Shown here: positions 21,582-34,244 of the stretch, piece by piece
Layout of the letters: every line of letters starts with the position of its first letter
How positions within the stretch are numbered: the stretch's first letter is position 1
From: Chrysomallon squamiferum
Taxonomy: Eukaryota > Animalia > Mollusca
DNA: 64,000 bases
Direction: 5' to 3'
NCBI GenBank assembly: GCA_012295275.1
Contig: CM022672.1
Span: 10,168,001-10,232,000 of the forward strand
The notes under the pieces: generated by a model
Told to the model about the DNA's origin: nothing
The model's input: the letters and a program-made list of their open reading frames with translations, nothing else
The model's database searches: none
Position numbers and translations under genes: made by a program

Positions 21582-24500
21582 GAAGCTAATTATCAGACAA
21601 TAATATTGTTAAAATATAGAGAAAAAATGCCTCATAATTTTACCATTTAAAAAAAAAACATTTCTTATCCAACCTGGTTACATTTAAACTGAAAAATGTT
21701 CTAACTGTTAATATAAAGTTAAAATATTTTAAGAATACAAGCAGAATGTGTCCTGTCTTACTTGATCTAGTTGTTGTGAGATCATGCCATGATCATCCAA
21801 CGGATCTTCTATTCCATCTCTGAAAATGAATTCACAAATAAAACAAAATATTTATTTTCAAGATCTTTGTGAAATCATAGTGGTTTTGTTTAAATTGTTT
21901 TCTTGTGGGTATTTTTTTTTTTTTTTAAATATTCAAATTTCCATTATAAAACATCTTACTTAAGCAGATATATACCAAAATTATTACTTCCTTTGATTAT
22001 CTTATCTGAATTCATGAGTCTATATTTTGTTTTTAAAAAGTTCTTTTTTTCATACCGATTTCCCTCTAACCATTTTATCTAGATGATACTTAAATGTATC
22101 ATCATGAGGCTACTGATTTTTCAGAAGATTCAGTTTTGTTTTTGATTTCAATCAGCTTTTTAATACAACTGAAATTTGATTAAATTTACTCAACTTTATA
22201 GTGTTTAAATCTTAAGACGAACGTTAACGCACCTTATAACAACATGAACAGACTCTAATCTTGATGTAATGAAAGCCTTGGTTACTTCTGGTGTGTAGGT
22301 TTCTAGTAAGTGAGGTTCTGAAGCTTTCACGTATGGCACAGATGCAACCATACGCTGCCAGAGACTCAGGAGGTAGTGTACACTGTTTGGAGCAAACTGC
22401 CACATCTAAAGGAATCATATTTCATAAAGACAAGTAGATATTTAACAATAGCTGAAGCAAGCAATATGAAATAGTAAATATTTGATAAATAGAGGACATA
22501 ATAACTATTTTACTTTTGATTTTTGCAGTACATATTTTTAAGAGGACAAGTGCTGAAACTGCAGTTCCCACCCTTGTAAATACTTTAAATCACAGAATAC
22601 TTCAAAGATATTTCCTGGACAAAATGTTAATATGTTCAAAAAATATTATCTTTAACATCTACTTTCAAATAATGATTTTTAATAAAAAAAATTCTCATTT
22701 CCTGTGAAATTTAAGCTATTTTTAATTATAGTATAGATACAAATATGCAATTTTTCAAGCACTGGATTTTCAAATCATAAAATTCAAACACTTTCTAGGA
22801 GGTACAAGAATCATGTATATAAATAAATAAATATCTGGGTTATGAATAATAAATAAAAAATAATCCGATTAGTCTTTTTTCCCCACACCATGCCAATTTG
22901 TCCAAATACAGATGCAGTAATAAAGAACAATGCTGAAGGAATGTTTTAGTTTCTGATATTAGAAACAAGAATCACTACCTGTAAACTAGTAACGGTGAAC
23001 TCTGCTATTAATTTTATAATTTCTGGATAATTGTCCACTTTAACTAGCTCTCCCAGTTGGTAATTGGATTTCAACCGAGCTAGCAGACGACAAAACTCAT
23101 GATAGTTACTTGGATCAGATAAACTCTAGAGAAAAGAAAAAGGTATAATAATAAAATAGCAGAGATAAATATTAATTAATAAAACTGTTGGAATTATAAT
23201 AAACAGTAAAATAAAATTGTAGCAATTAATATTTATGTATTGTCGATGACATAAAATAAAAAGAAAAAACTTTTTTTCAATTATTATTTATTCTTGCGTA
23301 TTACTACGTTAAATTTCATTTTTGAATCTAGATTAAAGTGTCCTTTTTTGAGTATCTGCAGTAAAAACACAAATAAAGACATCAAAAATGATATAAATTG
23401 GTTTTTATTTTGTGTCCATGAGTATATTTATTTTAATTTTTCCTGCAATCAGTCAAGGCTTATTAAGCTTAAGAGTACCTGTGGATTGTCCAAGATGGAT
23501 CTAACACCAGTTACTAAGTTGTTAAGAAATTTTGCTCGTTCCGTGTTGTTGAAAAGTGATCTCCGCACAGATGCTATTTGTACAAGACATGAAAGAGCCT
23601 ACAAAAGTGAACAGTAATCAAAACAAACAATATTTTATTCTAATTAGTATCTAGTCAGATTTTCATTTATTATCCTATAATAATGAATTTTGATTTAATA
23701 TCTTATATTTATTATCCAGTAAAAATTGTTTATACAATTCCACAATTTTGTATTAAACAAAAGAAAAGAAAATATTTAGTTATTAATACCCAGTCTATCC
23801 AAAATTAACCTTTCTATGAAAGAAAACAACCTAAAAAGCAAATAACTTGGGAATTATTTTAACATTTCTGCTTTTACTTTATCTTAAACATTTGAAACTC
23901 ACCATTGGTGATAATGTGGTGGGAAGACCTTTGTACAAATCAAAAAACAATTTGAGGGTACTGAAATCAAGAAAAGCTGGAAAAAAAAAAAAATTAATAA
24001 ACAATAACAATAAAATATTTTTTTATGAGTGTCAGTAAAACAAAAAATTCAAGCTATAATGTGTTAACATGCAACATTTTTTAAAAGGGCTTCCAAAACA
24101 ATAATAATAACAATATTAGTGACCAAAATAAACAGTGATGGCACTGGATTTATAATTAATTTATTTATGTTAGGAATGAAGGCTGACCTACAGAAACTGT
24201 CTTTTAAATTTTTCATCTAAAATATTGCAAATTCAGTTACATTAACAAAATCAATAAAAATAAATAAAAACCCAAACCCCACACCCCAAAATTCAGATTA
24301 TATTTATTATAATTTTTTTTTCTTTTCCAAATATGTATTCATTCATTTGCTCCTATATTAATCAGATTTGAGAAGCATTAGAAGAAAAGACTTTGAAAAA
24401 CCTGATCTCCAGCTGGTGGGTATCTGAACAGTGCACAAATCATCTGACGACTCGTCAGTGGAGGTGCCAATGAAATCAAATGTCAAACAGTTTTGAGCTA

Positions 24501-27500
24501 GTCTCAGAGAATGTGACAGAAGACCATGCTGTAAAATAAAATAAAAACTCAACTCCTTCAACAAATACACATGCAAAATCCCAAATAACAACAAAATAAA
24601 AACCTGAATAAAGATCTCAAAAGATAAACAGATTTTATTTTTTTTAAGAACATAATAAATACATTACACTGGTTAATACTTCTTATTAACTTCTGATACC
24701 AGCAGAATTTCAGATTTTTATAATATTGTCATATGACAATAGCATTTCAATAACACAAAATCTCATTCCATAATGAAACAGATCTGAATGATCCAATAAA
24801 ATGTGTGTGTGTGAGTGTGGGTGTGCAAACAGATCAACGATGGCTTTGTGTATAAGTATTAAATAAAGACTACTTTAGAAAAACAATAATCAGTGCAAAG
24901 AGAAAGAAAAAAATGTTCTCATGAACTGAAAGTCTTTACAAACAAGTTCAGACTGTAAAGCTGACCTGACTATCATCGTTCAAATCTAGGTTTTTAAGGT
25001 TGCCAGCAGCCTGGCGCAATAATGAACAAGCCAGCTGAAAGATTTCAAAGAGCTGAGTATCTCTGAACGAAGACGCTATCTTCCTGTGTTTGGCAAGAGA
25101 CCGACTGGCTTCAGCCTGCAACAGAGATAGTCAGTTTAACCTCCAAGGAAAATTCTACATTACCAAATTAACATTAAAAAAATAAAAGTTTCATACACAA
25201 TAAATCTAATAACCAAAAATATATATATCTTTTTGTAACACATTCTATTTATATATATGACTCCGAAATTTCTGTACAAGGAATTATTTTAATATTGTTA
25301 CAAAGATTTGGTTTTCAAAAATTCTAATAAAAGCAGTCGTAGCCAAAATGGTTTCAGCCATTTAAATGTTTTATGCAAAGTTTATTATTATATTAAAAAA
25401 TGCAGATTTCTTTGCTTTGACCTAACTTCAACACTTATTAGAAATGTTTTTAAAATTATTATTTTTACCTCACTAACTTGGTTCATTTCGCATACCAGCT
25501 GAGACAGCAGTTGAACACCTATCATAACATGTTGAGTTGAGCCACTCTGAAAAAACAAAACCATATAGATTTCATCTACTACCAGCTGATCAGAACTGGT
25601 AATGCCAGATTAATAATAAAATATTTTTCAAAAACTTATTTTAATATTCATACACACACCCAGTATAGTTATAAACATACACAATACATATGAAATATTT
25701 GATACCATACTTGTTAAATCCTAAGCAGAGAATTAATTTTTTGTTTTAATCATCTCAGTAGAATGAAACAAAAGTTACCTGAATGAATTTCCCCACATCA
25801 ATAACAACATCTCTGAAAACATAGTCATCCTTGTTGATATCAAACCAGCCCAATTTGGTGATTCTGGCAAATAGCTTGAAAACAGAATTTTCATAAACTT
25901 ATTTATGAGCACATTAAATGCTTGTTTAATATGTATAAAATGTACATTAAGTTCTGCTATGTTTTAATATATTAAGTGTGTTACAATACTCACTGACCTT
26001 TCTTAGACAAAAATTAAATCAGTTTTATCAATAGTATTAATTTCAACAATCCCAGAAGTATTTGTATGCAAATGGCTTTGGTATCAAAATTCTATAAGAA
26101 TTTCTCAGTTAAGATTTGATATTTATATATTTATTTATTTATTTAAAAACAAAAACAATTTAAACTTACTTGAACAAGGGCCTGAGACACATAATGTACA
26201 AGCTTGGGTCTTGTAGCTAAATAGTTGAGAACATAATTTCCTGCAATAACAAAATGTTAAAATCTAAACAAATTCTAGTAAAATACGAGATAGACATATA
26301 TTTCTGCAAAAGGTAAATTATATATTGTTTAGACCACAATCAAAAGACTACATTTGCATTTAAAAAGTCAAATAATAATAATAATAAATTTTCAACAATA
26401 AAATTAAATAACAAATTTAAATAAATAAATAAATAATGTATTAATTGTCTTTATATCGAGATATTAACAGATTATTGATCAATCTTCAAAATCTTGTTAT
26501 TCAAGTCTTTTCACAACATCCACATCAACCTCACTTCACTGATATTTATGAATTCTAGTAACTTACTGATATCAATTCTCTGTTCTAGCGGCAGGGTGAG
26601 GTTAGGTCGGGTAACAAGCTTTGTAAGAGTTGTGGCTGCTAACAGCTGTGCATAAGGTGACTGGAAAAAAAAAAAAAAAAAAACGTAGAATAAAATCTTC
26701 AACAATATTTGTCTTTCCTTTTTAATTAATAAAAATTATAAATTTACAGTAAAAGATTTTCTATCAGTATTTATATATGTATACTAATTTTCATTTCCTA
26801 ATATCAGAATCTTTTAAAATTTTAAAATATGTGAGCAATTTCAAAGTAATTCAGTACTGCTGAAAATAGCAAAAACAATAAATATTATAAAAATATTTTT
26901 TGTTTGAATCTTGACATCACAAAACCTAATTCCAGAAAGTTGATTTCAATAAGAGTTATGTCACTTCCTCAAAATTACTTGATAAATAATATTTCCTACT
27001 GTAAATCATAAATCTGTTATATGTATTATTTTATTAACATTTTCATTTTAATATGATTTATTTTATTACATGCACATGCCACTGTTTGAAAAGTCAAAAT
27101 GGCTGAACTATATATACATATATATCAGAAGTATTTATATATAACATACTAAACATTATTTTATGAAATTAAAAATTGCATGGAAGTGCAAAATAATGAA
27201 GACAGTAAACTGAACAATTATAATCTATTTTACAATTTAAACATACATTTCCTCGTTCCAGAAGAAGCTGACATTTGCTGAGACATCCTGGAGAATTGGC
27301 AAAAGCTACCAAAGCCTTTTCAGCTTCAGTGCGTATGTTACTGTCTGCTGTTTCATATAGTTGTTTGCATAATTCCTCAAGCTGCAACAGATCCTGAAAT
27401 TTTAAATAGCAAAATGATATTAAATAATGTATTAAATCTGATCATGATTAAAAATAAAAAATTAAATTACTATGTATGAGAACACATTGAATATATTTCA

Positions 27501-28249
27501 TTACCACAAGTTTGTTACTAATATTGATAAAATATTTTGATGACAAACTCACAGTTTAGAGTTACAAAGAAAAATGTGACTGTTTCATGTCAGTTGCAGA
27601 ATGTTCACTCAAATATTATTCACTTATCATATTTAACTCTTAAGCAATAACAATGTGAAAGTTGTTTATAATCTTAATATTTCTAGATGCAGCTTTAAAT
27701 ATCACAAACTCTTGTACAGATGCAAAATAATAGTTAGGTGTGTATCGCAATGTTATGAAAAATATAACTAAATAATTAACCAAATCTTCTCTCAGTAACT
27801 CAATTGTTGCGGCATGACAATGAACGAGTAATTCCACATTAAATCTTAAAGTTAAACTAAAAGCATTTGATTTTGTACTGAAACTAAGTGAAAGCAAAAT
27901 GATGAAAATAAATAGCAAATATAAAATAGTGACAACAGCCTTCAAGTATTAAATACACATTAAAAATTTATTAAAAACTCTAAAAAGTATATTTCTACAG
28001 TATTTGTTTCTGTGATTTAAAGCACGTCATTCAGATTCTCTAACTGTAATTCTACGTTGCATCGCAATAAACATCAGTCAGAAAACAAATCGTAGGTGAT
28101 ACAGTTTTTGCATAGAACACTAAAATGAAAAAACATTAAATATACTAAATTAGCCGCAAACTGCCATTTCAATCATCAAATATTTTATGTGTGACAAAAA
28201 TCATAAATCCCGCTAATCAGACAACACTTTTCACCTGCTCTTCCGCCAT
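10923..28249 (-). CDS. XPO7: Exportin-7 (RanBP16), importin-beta family nuclear transport receptor, about 1103 aa
   Basis: 30 phase-consistent coding exons, 3312 nt in total: 28249-28235, 27393-27247, 26660-26567, 26240-26170, 25874-25779, 25546-25469, 25115-24966, 24528-24402, 23976-23903, 23598-23479, 23125-22979, 22405-22233, 21819-21762, 21284-21152, 20087-19982, 19212-19077, 18751-18678, 18307-18163, 17588-17423, 16954-16887, 16410-16322, 16047-15940, 15556-15474, 15248-15194, 14916-14757, 14393-14255, 13456-13293, 12000-11902, 11496-11369, 11031-10923 (TGA). Diagnostic peptides: [97 protein letters not shown]. Confidence 0.98.
13440..13850 (-). repeat. 42/44-bp tandem repeat (10 copies) of the XPO7 exon-27 acceptor junction
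   Basis: Minus-strand unit gtaactgt(gt)tttgtttgtaatttcag|ATACCATGGTGTGTACT. Unit starts on the + strand: 13441, 13483, 13527, 13569, 13613, 13655, 13699, 13743, 13787, 13831. Confidence 0.97.
14917..15193 (-). other. U12-type AT-AC intron (XPO7 intron 24)
   Basis: 5' end ATATCCTTC; 3' end TTTTCTTTAAC-AAAGCTTAC. Joining AA|A restores ...IYPLK-LKGISIC in frame. Confidence 0.93.
15640..15900 (-). mobile_element. Degraded SINE-like interspersed repeat copy
   Basis: Shares gagaggaaacatgctgcc (15716) and ttaacaatgcatttgacac (15645) with copies at 29.3-29.6 kb and, in reverse complement, at 37.7 and 49.8 kb. Confidence 0.6.
16048..16321 (-). other. U12-type GT-AG intron (XPO7 intron 21)
   Basis: 5' end GTATCCTAT; U12-type branch site TTTTTCTTAAC 9 nt before the end (ACATGTAAG); no polypyrimidine tract. 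Confidence 0.88.
20540..21180 (-). repeat. About 50-bp tandem repeat (13 units) of the XPO7 exon-14 donor junction
   Basis: Minus-strand unit CCAAGTGTTGATATAGCTATTCAAGAAG|gtaatttttgatattatgtttg. Cores near 20553, 20604, 20654, 20704, 20750, 20800, 20850, 20900, 20948, 20998, 21048, 21099 and 21149 (the real donor). Confidence 0.96.
21512..21577. repeat. (TA)n microsatellite
   Basis: Directly visible. Confidence 0.95.
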
Positions 28250-28553
28250 TTTTGTTTTCCCACATTTTCAACAGTGCCACCAGAGGACGTTGTTATCTGC
28301 ACCAGCGCCCCTATTGGCAGACATGAAATTGCAAAGAAAAGTTACTTCGAAAAACAATCGCAATGTGTTGCAATGTTATTGCTCTGTGATATAATATGAT
28401 AAAATTGTATAAAATGAGTCGCAGAGATATTCAGATATAATTATATTCTGACATATAATGAAAATATCGTAATGCATATTTCTTAGTTATTTGGGTTTTA
28501 TAATAAATCATGAATATTTCCATAAGGCAGCTGAAAGTTAATAAATGACGTCA
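28243..28553 (-). promoter_or_regulatory. XPO7 5'UTR/proximal promoter with YY1-like, CTCF-like and CRE motifs
   Basis: AAAATGGCGG overlaps the ATG. GCCACCAGAGGACGT lies at 28276-28290 (+) and GCCAATAGGGGCGCT at 28304-28318 (-). A perfect TGACGTCA lies at 28546-28553. Motif matches only. Confidence 0.5.
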
Positions 28554-29093
28554 TGGGGCTAAAAACATACATCATGCTAAATAAATGCCTGGTATATACT
28601 TTTTCATGCTTTCTTTGAAGTATTAAAATAATAAATTAATTTGTAAATTATATTTGGTTAGTTCTTCGAACAAAAGGCAAACGTATATTGTGAATACTTA
28701 AAAGTGTATTTTAATATTAACTTTTCGTTCCAGTCTGCTTATAATGGTAACAAAATTCTATAGCTGCAAAGGAGACAAACACTGCTGTTTTTGCAGCTGT
28801 GAACGTAGGCCCAATTGCTACATATATATATATATATAAACACACTATAGCCATAATAATCAGTTTTTCCAATACTGGCTTAAAACAAAGAATATGTAAT
28901 TGTATGTTAACAAAATGATCTAAGCCAATTCACCCATTTAACTTAAAAACTTTGTATTAGAAAGTGATAAGCCTGTTGAAATACTGGTAATTCAGTTCTG
29001 CAGCTTAATAGCCTTTATTTAATAAAATTATTTCATTTTGAACTATTAATATTGTTACTATTATTATTCTTACTACTACTACTACTGCTACTA

Positions 29094-29141
<48 letters not shown>

Positions 29142-29299
29142 ATTGAAACTATATGAATATAAAATAAATGTATTCAGCTACAGTGATTGACTTGAAATGT
29201 ATTAAAGAATTGGCTGTTGTATTTTATTTGCAACAAAACCATCATAATCAATGTCTGTTCTATTTTTAAAAATATTTATGTTTGGGAACTGTGGACATG

Positions 29300-29635
29300 G
29301 AAATATATGGTCAGTTTAGAGAGGAAATCTGCTGCCACTCCACGAGCTATTAACAAGGAGTCTTATATATGCAAAGGCCCTGAAAGGATAATACCATGAT
29401 CTTTGTTACAGATGCTGTTAGATGTGTCTCATAAATATTCATGTTATGTACAGAAAGAAGAAAATGTTTTACTTAATAATGAACTCAACACGTTTTGTTT
29501 ATGGTTATTTGGCATCAATATGCCACTCGGATAATGAGAGGACATACATACTGGAACAAGAAGGGGCTTAATGAGTCCAACATTGGGGATCAATCTGATG
29601 ACCCACTACACCTTGATCTAATGCATGTCCCACCC
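29300..29635 (-). mobile_element. Two adjacent degraded SINE-like fragments
   Basis: gagaggaaatctgctgccac at 29319, an aaatgttttacttaataatgaactcaacac tail near 29462, and a right-hand end (ggggatcaatc...gtcccaccc) resembling an inverted, decayed tRNA-derived head. Confidence 0.6.
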
Positions 29636-32033
29636 AGTATGTACATGAAGTAATATATAAGCTACTGCATATTGAAAAGGATTAATATTAAAAATGGCAT
29701 TCAGTATGTCACTTAAAAAGTTTAATAGTTGAGAATGATTGACAAGTGACATGTTTTCAATCTACAGTTAAATGACACTGCAGTGGAGAATGAAAAACTT
29801 GTCACTAGTGAAAAGCACATGCCACATACTTTGGCAAACCATTGTTGAGTGAGTACTGTCCCAGAGCTGGAAAAATTATTATGCAGTTCATTAGGCACAA
29901 AGGCCTGCACATTGATTACCCCAGATGCATAAAACTAGTTGTGCCAAAGAATATTTATTTTGACATTACATATATTTTGTAATTAATGTAGAAAGCCCTT
30001 GTATCACTGGCAAGAACCTACAAGATGGATATCTGAACAATAAGAAATGTAAAAAATGAAACCCTTTTCAGTAATAAACCACTATACATCTTTTGCTCTT
30101 ATGAATTGAATTAAAACAAATAAAATAAAAATAAATAATTAAAAATTAAATTTATAATAATAATAAAAATAACAACAAAAAGCAAAGCGTGAGTCATGAA
30201 GTATGAAATATTTATTCAGTATTGCACATTCTGTATCAAAAGCATTAATGTCATTTTATATGGAAGAATAAGAACTATAGCACATTCACACACAATGCAT
30301 TCAAAGATAATTGCAATTAAATGTATATCAATACATTTTCTGCACACAAACAACCTGGCTACAGTTTCATGCTGACACCAACACAAAAAGATAATCTATA
30401 CTGTTTTTACAAAATTTTAAATAAAGACAAAGTAATAATAATAATAATAATAAGTAAATTAAATAATAATATTAAAGATACTGTTACACAGCTATTTTCA
30501 CTTCACATTTAATACATACCAGTGTATAATACGTATTAATGGAATCTGGTTGTGTATATCAAAATACAACACCAAATGAATAACATAAAAAGTTTAAAAG
30601 AATATTTCTTTTATTCCTGTTTAAGTTTAAATAGAATAAATTATCTTTGGTATAATACAAACTAAAGTAGCACCAATAACAAACAAAGCAGAAACATTAC
30701 TTCCAAGAAAACATTTTAGTTTCTTGTTAAACAATACATGAAAACTGTGCAATGTCTATGTTGTTTACCTCAGGCATATATTGGAGTATTTTATTTGGTA
30801 TTCAGTGTTCATGGTTTATGATTCTTTACCTAAAAGTTATAATTTAAACAAAAGCAATATATAAAATATAACGGTAATAATGCATTTATCACTTTAACAC
30901 AAATAACATGACCATGTCACTAACTGCCTAAAATTAACTGAAATTCCAAGATCAAAGCATGGAATATGATGAAACTTAAGCAACAATAGCATGTATATTT
31001 ATGTTTTTAAATTTTAAATATTTTAAACAAAAAATTAAAATTTGTGTTTTGGGGTTGTTTTTTTTTCACAGTGGGAATTTCTTGAAAATCTGTTAGTTAA
31101 TAAAAGCAAAATAAACAACAAACTATCAAATAGAAAACAAAACTAGTAATTAAACTGTTCAAAATTAAAATGAACAAAACCTAAAACTGACAAAGCTTTC
31201 ATTTCATTGACATTTTTCTTTAAAAATTAAACAATTTTCTGATATGTTTTCTCTTTAAATTATTTATAAATATTATGATTGTCTGGGTTAATTTCATTGT
31301 TGTTATTATTTAAAAAACAAAAATTCTGGAACAATTGAGGTATTTTTGATTTCTGAAAAATAATGCATGGACAGATCTGTCAGGTATTCAATTCAAAATG
31401 CAAATAAATGAATTCTACAGAACAAAACAATCATTTTATCACAGGATTTTTATGTTTTATCACATACCTCAATATACAATGAAAAGCTATTTTCTCAATA
31501 TTTTTTGTTTTTATTTTTTTTTTTAACTGATTCAAAAAAACACAAGATGACTAATTTAGTGATAATACTATTTTAAAACTTTTTGTATTATCTGTGATTA
31601 ATTAATATTTCTTATTTCATTTGAAGATGAGCAATAAATAATTTTAGTTTTTAATTTAATTTTCTTTATCTTCTTTCAGATTTATTTAATGTAAACAAAT
31701 AATAAAATACCGGTCTTTGGTTAAAATCATGAGATGGCATTTCTTTAACTGTATTAATACATAATTGTATTAAAACAAATATAATTTCTTTTTTCAAAAA
31801 AAAAAGAAATAATAATAATAACAAAAATAAATAAACATTTATTTATTCCTTAGATAAATATACATTTATCTATTCATTCAATAAATTATGACTTATCTTA
31901 TCATTAAATAAAACAAGCTTTCATTTGTTCATAATATAAAATAAATCTTTTTCAAATGATTCGATAAAGGGACCCTTTACCAATTATGGAAAGTAATCCT
32001 TTGATCAATTTACTTTTATAATTTTTGCAGATG

Positions 32034-34213
32034 TTATGCTGCTTCCCTTGCCAACTGATCCTGCAGACAGGAAAGTTCAGACAGAAAGTCAGCTGTCCAT
32101 TTCCATCTCTCCTTTAAACAGTTCACTTTCTCTCCTTCGCTCTGTAAACTTTTGGCATAAAATCGTTTCAAATCCTTCAAGATGCTTTCACAATGGCTAG
32201 TGAAAAAAAAAAAAGGATCTTACAAATTTGATTCATCATAATATTTCAGTTTTTATTTTATATTTAAAGTTTTAACTAATGTTGCCAAATATTTATTAAA
32301 CAAATTGAAGGGGAAAAAAAAAAATAATAATAACAAAATTAAATAAATAAATTTTTTAAAAATAAAATAAAATAAAATACAAGTTTTGAAAAACAAATCT
32401 ACAGACATTTTGTATTTGTGATCATTTACTCCATGTTTTTGGTTTTTAGATGAAGAAATGTCAACTTCTGTATCAAAATTAACATGTTGCATACATCAGT
32501 GTAAAATATTATAAACATTTACTATATTTTTCTAACTGAAATGCTTGAGTCCTTACCTTTTCATTATCTTGTATGTTTTGATTAACTGTAACAGATCAAA
32601 CTGTATTCGAGAAAGAAGAATGGAGTACAAGTTATTATCTCCTGGTTGATCAATGCTGTCATTACTGGTGTCATCAAACTGGGCGCTCATTGGCACGATG
32701 ATATCCTTGCAGCTGCACAGAATTACAAAGATAGTTTGTAGACAGCGTAACTTTCCTCTCAAACTTGTCTGACCTGAATGAAAAAATAAAATCAAGATAT
32801 GTCCAAGTAACAAATAAATTTCTGACAGTAACATAACATGTAAATATTCAAATTTAATCAAAAGTGAACCAGTCATAGGGTTAGTGGCCTCTCATTGTAA
32901 GAGTTATTAGAAATTGTTTCTTAGTTTTGCTGAATAATAACAAATCAGCAGCAAAATATCTTTTATATGCAACAGCAAAGCATATACTAAAGTCATTGTT
33001 ATTTCTTTTTCTTCTGTTGTTATCTATTTATTTGTTTGTTTGTTTATTTATTTATTATTCTTAGTAGTAGTAGTGGTATCGTTATTTATCAACCAATTTT
33101 ATTTGTTATTAATTTTTTTTTTTTTTTAAACATTATACACAAATTTTAAATCTGTGTATTATTTAGTATGATCTCTCTAGCTCACTCTCGTAAAACAGCT
33201 CCTGCATCGCGACTCTCTCTAACTGGACTCTAAGTAAATCGCTGTATGCTTCAACAGAGTAGAAATGTTTCAAAGCACGGTCATAGTGGTGATCTGCCAG
33301 CTGTCTTAGATGTCGTCTCTTCTGATCATTTATCTGTAAACATCAATGGATCTTTAATTAAGATAAATTTTTAACAATAATAAAAAAAAAATATAAAAAA
33401 AATTTGTCGCCTACTTGTCATTGTTATAAGAAAATTAACCAAAATGCATATAAATACATACACTGCAACTTGACAAAAATCCCTGACAAATATTATATAT
33501 ATTAATTAGTCTTATTGAAATAAAGAATACAATAAAGTTATTTAAGCACATCAATCTCAAAGCAAAAAAAATAATAAAAGAAAATAAATTTTTGATTATC
33601 CTGTAACTCAACAGAGTTGGAAGTAATATTATCAAATCATCAAAGTGATTTAATATGCATAAATGTTAACAGATGCAAAAGATAATAAATTTAAAAAGAA
33701 GAAGCTATCTGTGATCACTAACTTCCTGATTTCTGTATGAGTTGTGATAGAGTGATGCTAGTCTGTGGTTGATGGTTGCGGCTCGGTACTGCTGCATCGT
33801 GAGGTCGCGACCCCGCTTCTCATCAGTTGTACAGTATTTGAGTGATTTGTTCATCAGATCCGTCACCTGCTTCTCAATCTGAAAATACCGTTTATTTACT
33901 GTCTTACTTATTTACCTACTTATTTATTTACATATTTGTTTATTTACTTTCTTACTTGTTTACCTATTTATTTATTTACTTATTTTTTTTAAAATTATTT
34001 ATTTACTTACTTATTGGTTTACTTTCTTATTTAATTACTTAATTACTTATTTACTCAATTATTTACTTGTTTACTTGTTTACTTATTTATTTATTTATTT
34101 ACTTATTTACTTATTTATGTACTTGCTGTCTTATTTACTTAATTATTTATTTACTTATTTATTTACTTACTTTATTAGTTATTTACTAGCTTATGACATT
34201 AAATATTAAATAC

Positions 34214-34244
<31 letters not shown>

